A stretch of 64,000 nucleotides of DNA from NCBI RefSeq assembly GCF_001194135.2, contig NC_068990.1, positions 59,242,370 to 59,306,369 on the forward strand, written 5' to 3'. The DNA comes from Octopus bimaculoides (lineage: Eukaryota). Under the pieces are notes generated by a model. It was not told the DNA's origin. It was given only the letters and a program-made list of their open reading frames with translations, and made no database searches. Each line of letters opens with the position of its first letter. Position 1 is the stretch's first letter. Below are positions 26,422-37,892 of this stretch, piece by piece. The position numbers and the translations under genes were made by a program.

Positions 26422-26486
26422 GTCAGTTGCTGAAGAAGAAAGAGCTTTTGCTCTAGGAATGCAGTTTGTTTTATTCCGGCTCTTTG
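26422..26486 (+). CDS. SLCO: SLCO exon: SVAEEERAFALGMQFVLFRLF(G)
   Basis: attattag acceptor, gtaag donor, 65 nt, phase 2 to 1; (K/R)xxALG(M/I)Q..RL motif. Confidence 0.95.
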
Positions 26487-27284
26487 GTAAGATATTTTTG
26501 CTGTAATTTTTATATTTTGTTAGTTATAATACTTATATATTTCTACATATGTACTATAAATAGAATAGCTGTTTTGTGTGTGCATGCGTGGTGTGGCAAG
26601 GAGGTTCCAGTCTGTTCATGCCTGTCTCAAGGACATCAACACTATATTTTACATATTATCTTAAAACAGGTAAAATGGTCAGGTGGACTACCTGGTCATT
26701 AGGCCATATATTCAAATTCACTAGTTATTTCATTGCCATTTTGGGTAAAACACTTGATTCTGTCTTCCCTTACTTCACTTAGTTATCTGAAATAGTTAGG
26801 AGGACATCAAGGAATATGGCTGGATGCTAAACTAGTGTACTATCCAGGTGGAGATTTATTTCTCACTTTCAAAAGGTCTCTCTCAAGGCCTAGCAGACAT
26901 TCATCATCATTATCATTTAGCATCTGCTTTCCTTGATGGCATGGGTTAGATGGTTTGACTGAAACTGGTAAGCTGCACTAAGTTCCAATCTGATTCGGCA
27001 TGATTTCTACAACTGGATGCCCTTCCTAATGCTAACCACTCCCAGAGTGTAATAGTTACTTTTTATGAGCCACCGACATGGGTGCCAGTTGCATAACACC
27101 AGCATTGGCCACAACTGTGATTTCACTTGGCTTGAAGGGTCTTCTTAAGTATGGCATATTCCCAAAGGTCTCGGTCACTAGTCTGCTCCTCCATGAAGCC
27201 CAATGTTCTAAGAGTGCTCTTTACATGCCTAGGGCATGGGTCCCAGTTATGTGACAATTACATCGGCCACGACTACAATTTCGC

Positions 27285-27349
27285 ATTAGGACTTAGTGGG
27301 AGACTATTTTTGTCATAATGACAAAAATAGTCTCCCACTAAGTTCTAAT
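27285..27349. other. 31-bp inverted repeat with a 3-nt loop
   Basis: attaggacttagtgggagactatttttgtca-taa-tgacaaaaatagtctcccactaagttctaat; one G-T pair. Confidence 0.95.
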
Positions 27350-27432
27350 TTTAATGTAACTTTCTAAGAAAATTTGAAGAACTTCTTAGCTTTTGATGAT
27401 CACTGAGTGTTTTTTTGTTTGTTTTCTTTTAG

Positions 27433-27561
27433 CCTATATTCCTGCCCCAATACTTTTTGGTAACATCATAGACACAGCTTGTCTCTTGTGGAGAAACAAA
27501 TGTGGAAACAATGGCTCTTGTCTTGTTTATGACATTGTACAGTTCCGAAACAAATATGTTG
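27433..27561 (+). CDS. SLCO: SLCO exon: (A)[42 protein letters not shown]
   Basis: ttcttttag acceptor, gtatgt donor, 129 nt, phase 1 to 1; IPxPIxFG..ID..C.LW...CG..GSC..YD signature. Confidence 0.96.
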
Positions 27562-27701
27562 GTATGTAACAGTATTATTTCTTGATTGTTTACATTCTAA
27601 TATGTAGCATATGTGTATATTTGCATGAGTGTATATCACTGCATAATTTCACGTTAGCACTGTTTGTGCAAAATTGTAATTTTCATGTCTCTCATAACCA
27701 A

Positions 27702-27810
27702 GGCACAGGTGTGGCTAGAGGTACAGGCACAACTAGAGGCACAGGCATGGCCAGAAGTGCAGGTGTGGCCAGAGGCACAGGCATGGCCAGAAACGCAGAC
27801 ATAGCTGTGT
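27702..27810 (+). repeat. 18-nt tandem repeat (about 6 units, ggcacaggc/tgtggccaga)
   Basis: Direct reading; runs into a SINE head. Confidence 0.85.
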
Positions 27811-29552
27811 GGTTAAGAAGTTTGCTTCCCAACTAACGTGGTTTTGAGTTCAGTCCAGCTGTGTAGCATCTTGGGCAAGTGTCTTTTTGCCGTAGCTCCC
27901 AAGTCAAGTGAAGCCTTGTGAGTGGATCTGCAAGACAAAAACTGAATGAAACTCATCATTTAACATCTGTTTTACATGGGTCAGACAGTTTGACTGGAGC
28001 TGGTAGGCCACTGAACTGAACTGGACTCCAGTATGTTGTGGTTGTTTCTACAGCTGAATGCCTTTCCTAATGCCAACCACTTTACAGAGTGTGCTGGGTG
28101 CCTTTTACATGTCACTAGCAGTGACCACAACCATGATTTCACTTAGCTTGACATGTCTTCTCAAGCACAGCATATTGCCAGACGTCTTGATCACTTGTTA
28201 TTGCCTATGTAAGACTCAACTATATATACATATGTTTGTGTGTTTTTGTCTCCTTATCTTGACATCACATGATAGTTGTAAATGAGTGCCAGTCAAACAA
28301 ACAGTAACATTTATTTCCAATACTCTGAGAACATGTCTGTCTGTGGGGGTACAAAAATTGTCTTACTTGGAAATTGGTGAGGGTTGGTGACAGGAGAGAC
28401 ATCTAACTGTTGGAAATCTGCCTCAGCAAACTCTGTCCAACCCTTGCAAACATGGCAATGACAGATACATTATCCTGCAGTTCAGCAATTATATTAGTTT
28501 TCAATATCTTAATGACCAGTTGAAAAACATACGGGTTTATGGGAAGGAAAATCAAGTTATACAGAGTGTCCACAAAGTCTGGGTACATGGAATTAACATA
28601 TACTTTAAGAAATTATTATGTCTTATATTTAATTGTTTATGTTATGATTTTATTTACTCCATGTACCCAGTCTTTGTGGACACCTTGTAGAATACTGCTT
28701 CTGCAAGTCTCAGCAAATCCATGTGTTCATGGAAAAAGCTATGGAGATGAGGACAGAAGTAGAACTGGTGATGGTGGTGGAGCAGTAGTACTAATATAAA
28801 GAGTTGATTGTTGTGAGATGAGAGGTTAACAGTGTTAGAGGTAGGGCAAAGAGAATTTGGGAAGGAATTAGTCAAACTTGGGAATACAGTTGCTTACAAA
28901 TGGAAATATTTTTCATTGCAAACCCATCCAACCTATGCCACAGGATATAGCAAACACTCTGAGGATGACAGCAGCAGCAGCAGTTGTTGTTGTTGTTGTT
29001 TAGCCCTAGGTCAACACAACCATTCTGTCTTTGTAAGTATAGAAATGTTTACTTGTTACTTAATATGTTCTTCCTTTATAAAATGTTAGGGTATCATCTG
29101 AAGGAATTTGGTTGCTATTTTTAGCAGGTTCAGCAACTGTAAAAATGCTCCTTTGTTGATGGTGGCTGTAATGATGGCAACATTAACAAGATGATGAACC
29201 AGTTGGGTGATGATGTTACGGTTAGAGAAGAAATGATTTCATTAATCCAGTTAGGATATAGAGAGCAAAGAAGATAGGGCCGTCTTGAGTGCTAGGTTTT
29301 AGTAGATGATGGTGTTCAGAGTGACTCATTTACTCGGGAAAATGTCTTGTGGTAACTAAGTTTTAGTTGGAGATAAAATTATTTAGGATTTTGATGGGGA
29401 AATTAGAGTCCCTCCAAAGTTTTTCATTTTTTTCATAGACGAGAACTAAAGTCATCTCTTTAGAGTATTGAACTCAGAACATTCTGATATCCATTGTGCT
29501 TTTCTTTCTCCTGACTGATATATATGTATATATATCCTTTGTACTTCTCCAG

Positions 29553-29653
29553 GTATCTCTGCCGGACTGAAGGTTCTTGGAACTTTGCTGTTTTTTATTG
29601 TCTGGTTATTAATACGCAAGAAGATAGGTGATGATTCTAAGTTTACTATGGCA
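29553..29653 (+). CDS. SLCO: SLCO exon, last transmembrane helix: (G)ISAGLKVLGTLLFFIVWLLIRKKIGDDSKFTMA
   Basis: cttctccag acceptor, gtaagt donor, 101 nt, phase 1 to 0; hydrophobic helix followed by a basic stop-transfer segment. Confidence 0.9.
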
Positions 29654-29847
29654 GTAAGTATAATTTTTGATTTTCTTTCCAGGAACAGACTCTATTAGTT
29701 ACAGTTCTGTTGCTACCTACAGAGCTGCACTATAGCTCTGCATGGTACTTATATTTAACAACATAGTTGCTGTTACTTATATATATAAATTTTTTATTTT
29801 ACTTGTTTCAGTCATTTGACTGTGGCCATGCTGGAGCACTGCCTTAA

Positions 29848-30849
29848 CCCTTTCGTTACTAACCTGGCCGAAGAATTTTTTGATTCATAAGACTAACCCA
29901 GCCGTAGCCGGCCGAGCATACCCATTGTTATTTAAATGTATATTTGAACCCAAATCTCGTTAGTACATTCGTTAAAACACCTGATTTCACTTTGCAAACA
30001 GTTAAGTTATTGTCTCCGACATTGTTTGGTGTGATATTTGAACTCAGTGAATTTTGGAAGATATTTTTCCACATTTTTTGCGGCGTTAATTTTTTTCAAC
30101 TTTAAAGATGGAGAGAAGTTTCATGCTATCAAGCAGTGATTCTGAATTTGAAGATTTTTCAACAGAAGATATGGAGATATCGAAGAAAAGAATGAATGAG
30201 CTACAAAAGCACGTGGTGAACGGTAATGAATCGGATATGTCTGTATCCGAAACTGAAAGCAGCGACGGCGACAGCGAGGATGATTTTACACCAGAAAAAG
30301 ATTTTTAAAATATTTTTATGAGGAGACAGGGTCTACCCATAGTCTTTCTCAGGAAGTGAAACCTTTAGACTTATTTTTCATGCTTGTTTGAAATGATTAC
30401 TACGGAAACAAACCGTTACGCAGAATGTAAACAAACCGGAAAAAAAAAAGATAGCTTGTGGTTTCCTGGAACTGTAGATGAAATACGGGCATTTTTTGCC
30501 ATAAATATTATTATGGGTATTAGACAGTTACCCAGAATAACAAATTACTGGAGCGATCAGGAACCTTTTGGCGATGAATATATTTCCAGTATTATGAACG
30601 AGTACGATTCGTGAAGCTGAACCAATATTTACATGTGAGAGACACTAGTAGTACCCGAGAGACAAAAATTATGCAATAGAATTGATTAAGAACCCTTTCT
30701 TTAATTATGTTCCAAATATCACATTAATATGTTGATAAATAAAAAAGTTACAGGTGTTTAATGAGACTAGTCTAAATTCATGATTATTTTAGAATTTAAT
30801 TGAAACTCATGAGGGGTGTATTTTGGTCAGAAATATAGTAACGAAAGGG
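29848..30849 (+). mobile_element. Internally deleted piggyBac element (1002 bp)
   Basis: TTAA target duplication at 29844-47 and 30850-53; perfect 14-bp TIRs ccctttcgttacta / tagtaacgaaaggg; PGBD-like peptide ETNRYA...EIRAFFAINIIMGI..LP.I.NYWS. Confidence 0.93.
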
Positions 30850-32811
30850 TTAAAGGGGTTTTAGTCAAAGAAATCAATCTATTCTATCAGTCTCTTTTGC
30901 TGAACTTCTAAGTTACAGGGATGTAAACACACCAACATTGGTTGTCAAGCGATGGCGGGGAACAAACATAAATACAAAGACAACTCATAAATATATACAT
31001 ATATATGTATATATACACACAAGACAGGCTTCTTTCAGTTTCTATCTACCAAATCCACTCACAAGGCTTTGGTCAGCCTGATGCTATAGTAGAAGACACT
31101 TGCCCAAGATGAACCTGGAACCATATAGTTGGGAAGCAGGCTTCTTACCATACAGCCTTGCCATAGTCTACATTTTCTCTTTTACTTTTATGGTAAATAC
31201 AGCATTCTGCCATTATTCTTGGGAGAGTCATTGAGGTAGAGTCCTTGATAGGCACCGCCATCATTGGACTTACTCCAACCATCTCATTCTTGGTTTACCC
31301 CAGGTCTCCTGTCAGTTGGCTCAGAGTCTTGTGATTTTTCACTGTGACATTCTAATAACATGTCTGTAGTATTGGAGCTGTGACCTGTCAATGTGGAAAG
31401 ACTTTCTGATCTTCAATCTATGAGTAACATTACTCTGATAACTCTTTGGGGGGAAACCCACTTCAGTCACTTATATTCAACGCTGCAGAATATTGAATAT
31501 ATGGAATAATAAAACAGGACAAGAGGAGACACATGGGACAAAAAGTCAATGATGAGGTCACAGAATGTGTGATGAAAGAACTTAGACGTATGTATAAACT
31601 AAAAATAATACAAATAAAAACTAGAGTGAAGATCACATAAATAGCGCATGTTTAATTGGTAAAAAAAAAAAAAACATCCCCAAATATAACATCTGTTTAA
31701 ACTAGGGCTGTGGAGTCAGAGTCGGAAACAATTAAGGAGTAGCTGGAGTCGGAGTCAGTAAAACTATACTGACTCACAATATCTTTATTCTTTAATATAA
31801 ACCAGTTATAACATATAGGCCTGCTTAAAGTACATGCATATGCTTTATGAGATACGTAGACCACAATCACTTAATTACATAAAGAGGAGTCAGAGGTACC
31901 AATAGTAGAGGAGTCAGAGGTTTTCGTTTTGACTCAACAGCTCTGCTTTCAACACACGATTTCACCCCAGGAATCTTGCAAAATCAAATACATTCTTTCA
32001 TTCTTTTACTTGTTTCAGTCATTTGACTGCAGCCATGCTGGAGCACATACCAATTGTATATATTTTCATATATATATATTTTATAAGTTATCTTTTACTT
32101 GCTTCAGTCATTAGAGTGTGGCCATGCTGGGGCACTGCCTTGAACAATCTTTTAAGTTGAATGAATCAACTTCAGTACTTATTTTTTTTTTTGTTAAGCC
32201 TGGTACTTATTCTTTTCAGTCTCTTTTGCCAGACTGCTAAGTTACAGGGACGTAAACATATCAACACCGGTTGTCAAGTGATGGTGGGGGACAAAGACAC
32301 ATACACACACACACACGTCTAGTTGTACACTCAGTATACGTATATGTTTTTTATCTGTCGTTTATTTACAATGCATTTTTTCATTTATTTTATCATCATC
32401 ATCATCGTTTAACGTCCGCTTTCCATGCTAGCATGGGTTGGACGATTTGACTGAGGACTGGTGAAACCGGATGGCAACACCAGGCTCCAGTCTGATTTGG
32501 CAGAGTTTCTACAGCTGGATGCCCTTCCTAACACCAACCACTCAGAGAGTGTAGGGTATATATATATATACACACACAGATATTTGACAGACTTCTTTCA
32601 GTTTCTGCCTACCAACTCCACTCACAAGGCTGTTTGGCCTGAGGTTAGAGTAGAACACACTTGCCCAAGGTGCTACACAGTGGGACTGAACCTGGAACCA
32701 TGTGGTTGAGGAGCAAGCTTTTTTTTTTACGGCACTACTACAGCATGGTCTTTATCTGTAATGGTTGAAACAAACTGAAAAAACCCTGAAATTTCTAATG
32801 TCTTTTTGCAG

Positions 32812-32991
32812 GTTACTCAGTATGTGGACCCAGTATATTCCATCAACAAATTAGCTAAACTGCCTGAAATTCCAGCCACACAAACAGACCCTGATTCCAC
32901 AAACAAACCAATGCTGACAGAGCCAACATCGGTAATGGATCCTGATGAGGGACAGAGTTTCTCTTCACAGACATATGAATCTCATGTATGA
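32812..32991 (+). CDS. SLCO: SLCO terminal coding exon (cytoplasmic tail VTQYVDP...SSQTYESHV-stop)
   Basis: tctttttgcag acceptor in phase 0, matching the previous donor; open to TGA. The sequence is not family-diagnostic, so assignment rests on splice logic. Confidence 0.8.
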   Translation, partial: VTQYVDPVYSINKLAKLPEIPATQTDPDSTNKPMLTEPTSVMDPDEGQSFSSQTYESHV

Positions 32992-34909
32992 CACTTTGCA
33001 AATCAGTCAGTCGAAATGTTATTGATGACATTTTAAGTTCTTCAAAAGTATTTTCATTTGTTATAAAGTCGTAACTGATCAAAATACATCCATTTCCACC
33101 TATCTAAATAACATATCTCTATACATAAAAAAAAAAAAGTATGTCCATTCAATGTTAACATATATCTTTACGTGTATATATAATATATATTGACGAAACA
33201 GTTTGGTTATGAGGAAAACAATTTTACTCAATGGCAAGTTATATTGTAATAGCAAAAGTCTGCAGCCCAAGCTAATAGGCTTTTATCTGTTTTATTGTTA
33301 TTTTAGAAACAAAGGTCAACTTTGCCTTTCATCCTAAACAGGGTCGATAAATAAAGTACCAGTCGAGCTCTGGGATCCAATATAATCAAGTAACTCTTCC
33401 TCCTCCCCTTAAATTTGTGGCCTTGTGCCAACATTGCTCTTTCTACTTCTATTACAACAAACTCCATCTATGAATGTGCTTGAGTTTCTGTGTAATATAA
33501 AAATAGATAACTTTAACGATAGTAGCTAGAGGTTATTCAAATTACAGCCCTTCATGAAATCCAACAAGGTTTTGCACCAAAAACCTGTTGAGCCTTGTCT
33601 GGTTTAGTAAATTTGGCCATTTCATGTAATGTCTAATTTGTTGTAGATTTTATGAAAGCTCTCAATGCTGTTTTAATAGTCATGCAAGAAGGTAGTCATT
33701 GTTAATATTTACACTTACATAATTACCCACCAACAATGTATGAATATCTGTTGTTAGCTACCATTATATATAGTACAAGCATGGCCATGTGGTTAAGCAA
33801 TTCACTTTGCAGTTGCATGGTCCTAGGTTCAATTGTTGCACAGCACCTTGGGCAAGTGTCTTTATCTATGCTGTCAGGTTGACCAATACCTTGGTGAAAG
33901 GAATTTGGTCAATGGGAACTGTGGGGTATCCTGTTGTACAAATCAAGTCCAGTTAATCCTATGGGATAGATTGAATGCTGAAAGAAGGTAAAAGCACTTT
34001 ACTTTGTTATGAATAGAGACCATACATCAACAATTGCTATTGATTCATTATTTATGAACTGACAGATGTTTTTTTTGTATGAAATTTTTCCAACAAAATT
34101 AAATGCCTCTAAAATCTAGCTTATTGATTCCACCGTAGGTCCATTTTTACATTTGATATTTTAGAATCATTTTAAATGTAACCCAAATGAAAATGAGAAA
34201 TCAATTTGTACAACTATTAACCTAGATTTTTTAGCTTCAGCATCAGTGGTTCTCAACTTTTTAAATACCCAGGCTANNNNNNNNNNNNNNNNNNNNNNNN
34301 NNNNNNNNNNNNNNNNNNNNNNNNNNNNNNNNNNNNNNNNNNNNNNNNNNNNNNNNNNNNNNNNNNNNNNNNNNNNNNNNNNNNNNNNNNNNNNNNNNNN
34401 NNNNNNNNNNNNNNNNNNNNNNNNNNNNNNNNNNNNNNNNNNNNNNNNNNNNNNNNNNNNNNNNNNNNNNNNNNNNNNNNNNNNNNNNNNNNNNNNNNNN
34501 NNNNNNNNNNNNNNNNNNNNNNNNNNNNNNNNNNNNNNNNNNNNNNNNNNNNNNNNNNNNNNNNNNNNNNNNNNNNNNNNNNNNNNNNNNNNNNNNNNNN
34601 NNNNNNNNNNNNNNNNNNNNNNNNNNNNNNNNNNNNNNNNNNNNNNNNNNNNNNNNNNNNNNNNNNNNNNNNNNNNNNNNNNNNNNNNNNNNNNNNNNNN
34701 NNNNNNNNNNNNNNNNNNNNNNNNNNNNNNNNNNNNNNNNNNNNNNNNNNNNNNNNNNNNNNNNNNNNNNNNNNNNNNNNNNNNNNNNNNNNNNNNNNNN
34801 NNNNNNNNNNNNNNNNNNNNTATATATATATATATATATATATATACACGCACACATACACCTGTGTTTGAGTAATCTTCAAGGTATACATTCATAAGAC
34901 ATCATAGTC

Positions 34910-35700
34910 ATATTTCATCACCATGGCAAAAATGATCACACTGGATGATAAGACCTATATGCTTTAAGTTGATGTCCTACAAGGTGACACATTGGAGCTC
35001 TTCATCTTCTTTCTTTGTGGTTATGAACTATGAAGAACAAGGTTTCATCATTATACCAAAGTCTAGGAGGGTTGGGTCAGGGACACAGTCCGATCTAGGT
35101 TTTGTCAACAACATTGCTTCGCCATCTGATAAAATTACAGATGCTAAGGCTAAGGTTCTGTCAATAATAAAATCTGGATATAAGAAAAGCTTCACCTCAA
35201 TGCCAAGAAAAGACAATACATGATCTCCAATAGCTGATCACAAGCCACTGAGAGCTGCTGGAAGTATCTCATTCAATTTCTAATGCTAGAAATCAGAATC
35301 TAGCTTATGTGTTGGGGCCTGGAAAGAATCATTCAAAGTGGATAGAAGCCTTGCATGGAAACTGCTCATGAATACAAAGAACATTTGGATGTTCAACTTT
35401 TCCAAACATCTTAAGAAGAGACTCTTCATAGAAGTGATTGAAACAACTCTCCTTTATAGTTGTAAAACTTGGTCCTTCACTCAGTCAATGACAGCTTTGA
35501 TTGCTGAAAGTGATTAATGAGCAAGTCTATGGTAATTTCTCCCAGTTGACCAACAAGAAAGAAGGAAGGAAGGTAGCTGCTATCTGCTGGGTATTGTTTG
35601 AGACACCCAAAGTTGCCCTCCTAAGCCGAGTCATTGCCTGGAAACTAGCCCATGGGAAGATGAATTGTGGGTGTCTTTCTAAAAACAAAATCAAGCTTTG
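34910..35700 (+). mobile_element. Degenerate RTE-like LINE reverse transcriptase fragment
   Basis: Remnants of DLGF(V/A)xxIA (FADD position), KYL, RSLAWK, IETTLLYSCKTWS, NEQVYGN. Frameshifted; coordinates approximate. Confidence 0.7.
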
Positions 35701-36334
35701 ATAAACTTTGGACATTAATAATGATGGGATTTGTAGCACATCCATCATTGCAACTTGTAGGTATGTGTGTGTGTTGAGTGTTATAGGGATTCAAAAACTT
35801 AAAAAAAAAAATTTTTTTTAAACTAAAGATAAGAAAATTGGTGAGCTGGGTACGGCTGAAACTTTTTTTTTTTTTGAATACTGCCCATTTTTCTTGTTTA
35901 AGCTACAAAGCAGCTCACTGGTTTTCTTAAAGAATTTATTTCAGCTATCAGTGTCTATGTAGTCAGACATACAACTCTCTTAAACACAGGTAACACACTG
36001 CTATTTTATATCTGTCCTTCAAAATGACTCCAAGTGGAGTGACATCATTCAGTTATCAAACTAGAAATAACAGATGCACTTTGTATTCCTTTGATCAAAC
36101 AAGTCATATTTTATACCAACATCTTTCAAAAATTATCAAACTTCAATGATTTTACTATTTCGATGTTTTATAACATTACATATACTGCCATAAAACTCTG
36201 TTGATACTGCTTCTTGCTTTCTTTGTTGGTTTTGTTCCTTTTGTTTATCATTTCTTACATATTTGAAGGCAGTGAGCTGGCAGAATCATTAGCATGCCAG
36301 ACTAAATGCTTATTGGTGTTTCATCTGTCTGTAC

Positions 36335-36731
36335 CAGTGGTTCTCAACCATTTTTTTTTTTACTTATGGATCCCTTTGATTACTGTTTTATTCTAGTGGA
36401 TCCCCCATAGCCATTTGCTAATTAAAATCTAGTTTTATAGGTACTTCTTTCAAAATTCCTATTTTGTTTTTCACCTATTTACTTGCGTAGGTTTGTAACA
36501 GCACTCTCTAAGTGAACCTGTTTCAGTGGCTAGAAACATGCTGAACTATGTAAAACATAAGAGAAAGAAATGTAGCTGTTTCTTGCAATAAATATATCTA
36601 AAGCAAAATATTTTCGTGGATCCCTTAAATACTACTGTGGATCCCCAAATTTACAACTTTGATTACAAAGACCCTACAAAAATCTTATGTAGACCCTTAG
36701 TGGTCATATGAGCCCTGGTTGAGAACCACTG
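36335..36731. mobile_element. hAT (Charlie-like) MITE nested in a SINE
   Basis: TIR cagtggttctcaacc / ggttgagaaccactg; TSD gtctgtac / gtctatat; host SINE continues on both sides. Confidence 0.87.
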
Positions 36732-37860
36732 GTCTATATATTCTGAGTTCAAATTCTGCCAAGGTCCACTTTGTCTTTCAGGGTTGATAAAACGAGTCCC
36801 AGTTGAGCATTGGAGAGAAAGGGTCAATGTAATCGATTTTGCCCTTCCTCTGAAATTACTGGCCTTGTGCCAAAATTTGAAACTTTTATCTCTAATACAG
36901 GCACAAGGCCAGGATTTACAAGGGGAACAGTCGACATTATCAACCTAATACTTTACTGTTTGTTTTTTTATTGATTTTAGAAGGATGAAAGGCAAAGTTG
37001 TTGACCACACAGAGATCAGAACACGAAGTTCAAATCTTGCTGAGGTCAACTTTGCCTTTCATCCTTCCAGGTTCAATAAAATAAAGTACCTGTCAAATAA
37101 TAAGGTTGATGACGTCGACCACTTCCCTTCCTCTCAAAATTGCTGGCCCTGTGCCTAAATCGGAAACCACTGATATTTTCTATCACACAATTAAATGATG
37201 TAATTTGGATTACAAAGAAACTAGTGATGGCCTGTCAGCAAATACCATGAGTACATAAAGAAGAGATGAGTGTGGAATCTGGCATTTCAGGCCCTGGCCA
37301 TTTGTCAGAGTAGAAAGGGGAAAGTTGTAATGTTTGAATGGACTATAAGGCCTGAAATGTTAGCTTTTTTTTTCTCTCTGGTGTGCTTAGAACATTTAAT
37401 TATTATCTGAAATCAAATCCTGCAACAACCAATTCTGCCTTTAAGGATAAATAAAATGAATTACCAATCAAATACTGGGGTCAGTATAATCCACTGGCAG
37501 AATCATTCGCTGTATTTCATCTGTCTTTACGTTCTGAGTTCAAAATCTGCTTGAGGTTGACTTTCATCCTTTCATGGTTGATAANNNNNNNNNNNNNNNN
37601 NNNNNNNNNNNNNNNNNNNNNNNNNNNNNNNNNNNNNNNNNNNNNNNNNNNNNNNNNNNNNNNNNNNNNNNNNNNNNNNNNNNNNNNNNNNNNNNNNNNN
37701 NNNNNNNNNNNNNNNNNNNNNNNNNNNNNNNNNNNNNNNNNNNNNNNNNNNNNNNNNNNNNNNNNNNNNNNNNNNNNNNNNNNNNNNNNNNNNNNNNNNN
37801 NNNNNNNNNNNNNNNNNNNNNNNNNNNNNNNNNNNNNNNNNNNNNNNNNNNNNNNNNNNN

Positions 37861-37892
<32 letters not shown>

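Noticed and set aside
27702-27810. CRISPR-like array
   Set aside because: Contiguous degenerate tandem units without spacers, in a eukaryotic intron.
33127-33138. A12 run after the SLCO stop as a retrocopy poly(A) tail
   Set aside because: The gene has nine introns in the window and there is no canonical AATAAA just upstream; a genomic A-run that may cause internal priming.
34167-34895. Long ORFs made mostly of X (also 37551-37934, 54530-54848)
   Set aside because: Artefacts of reading through N gaps.
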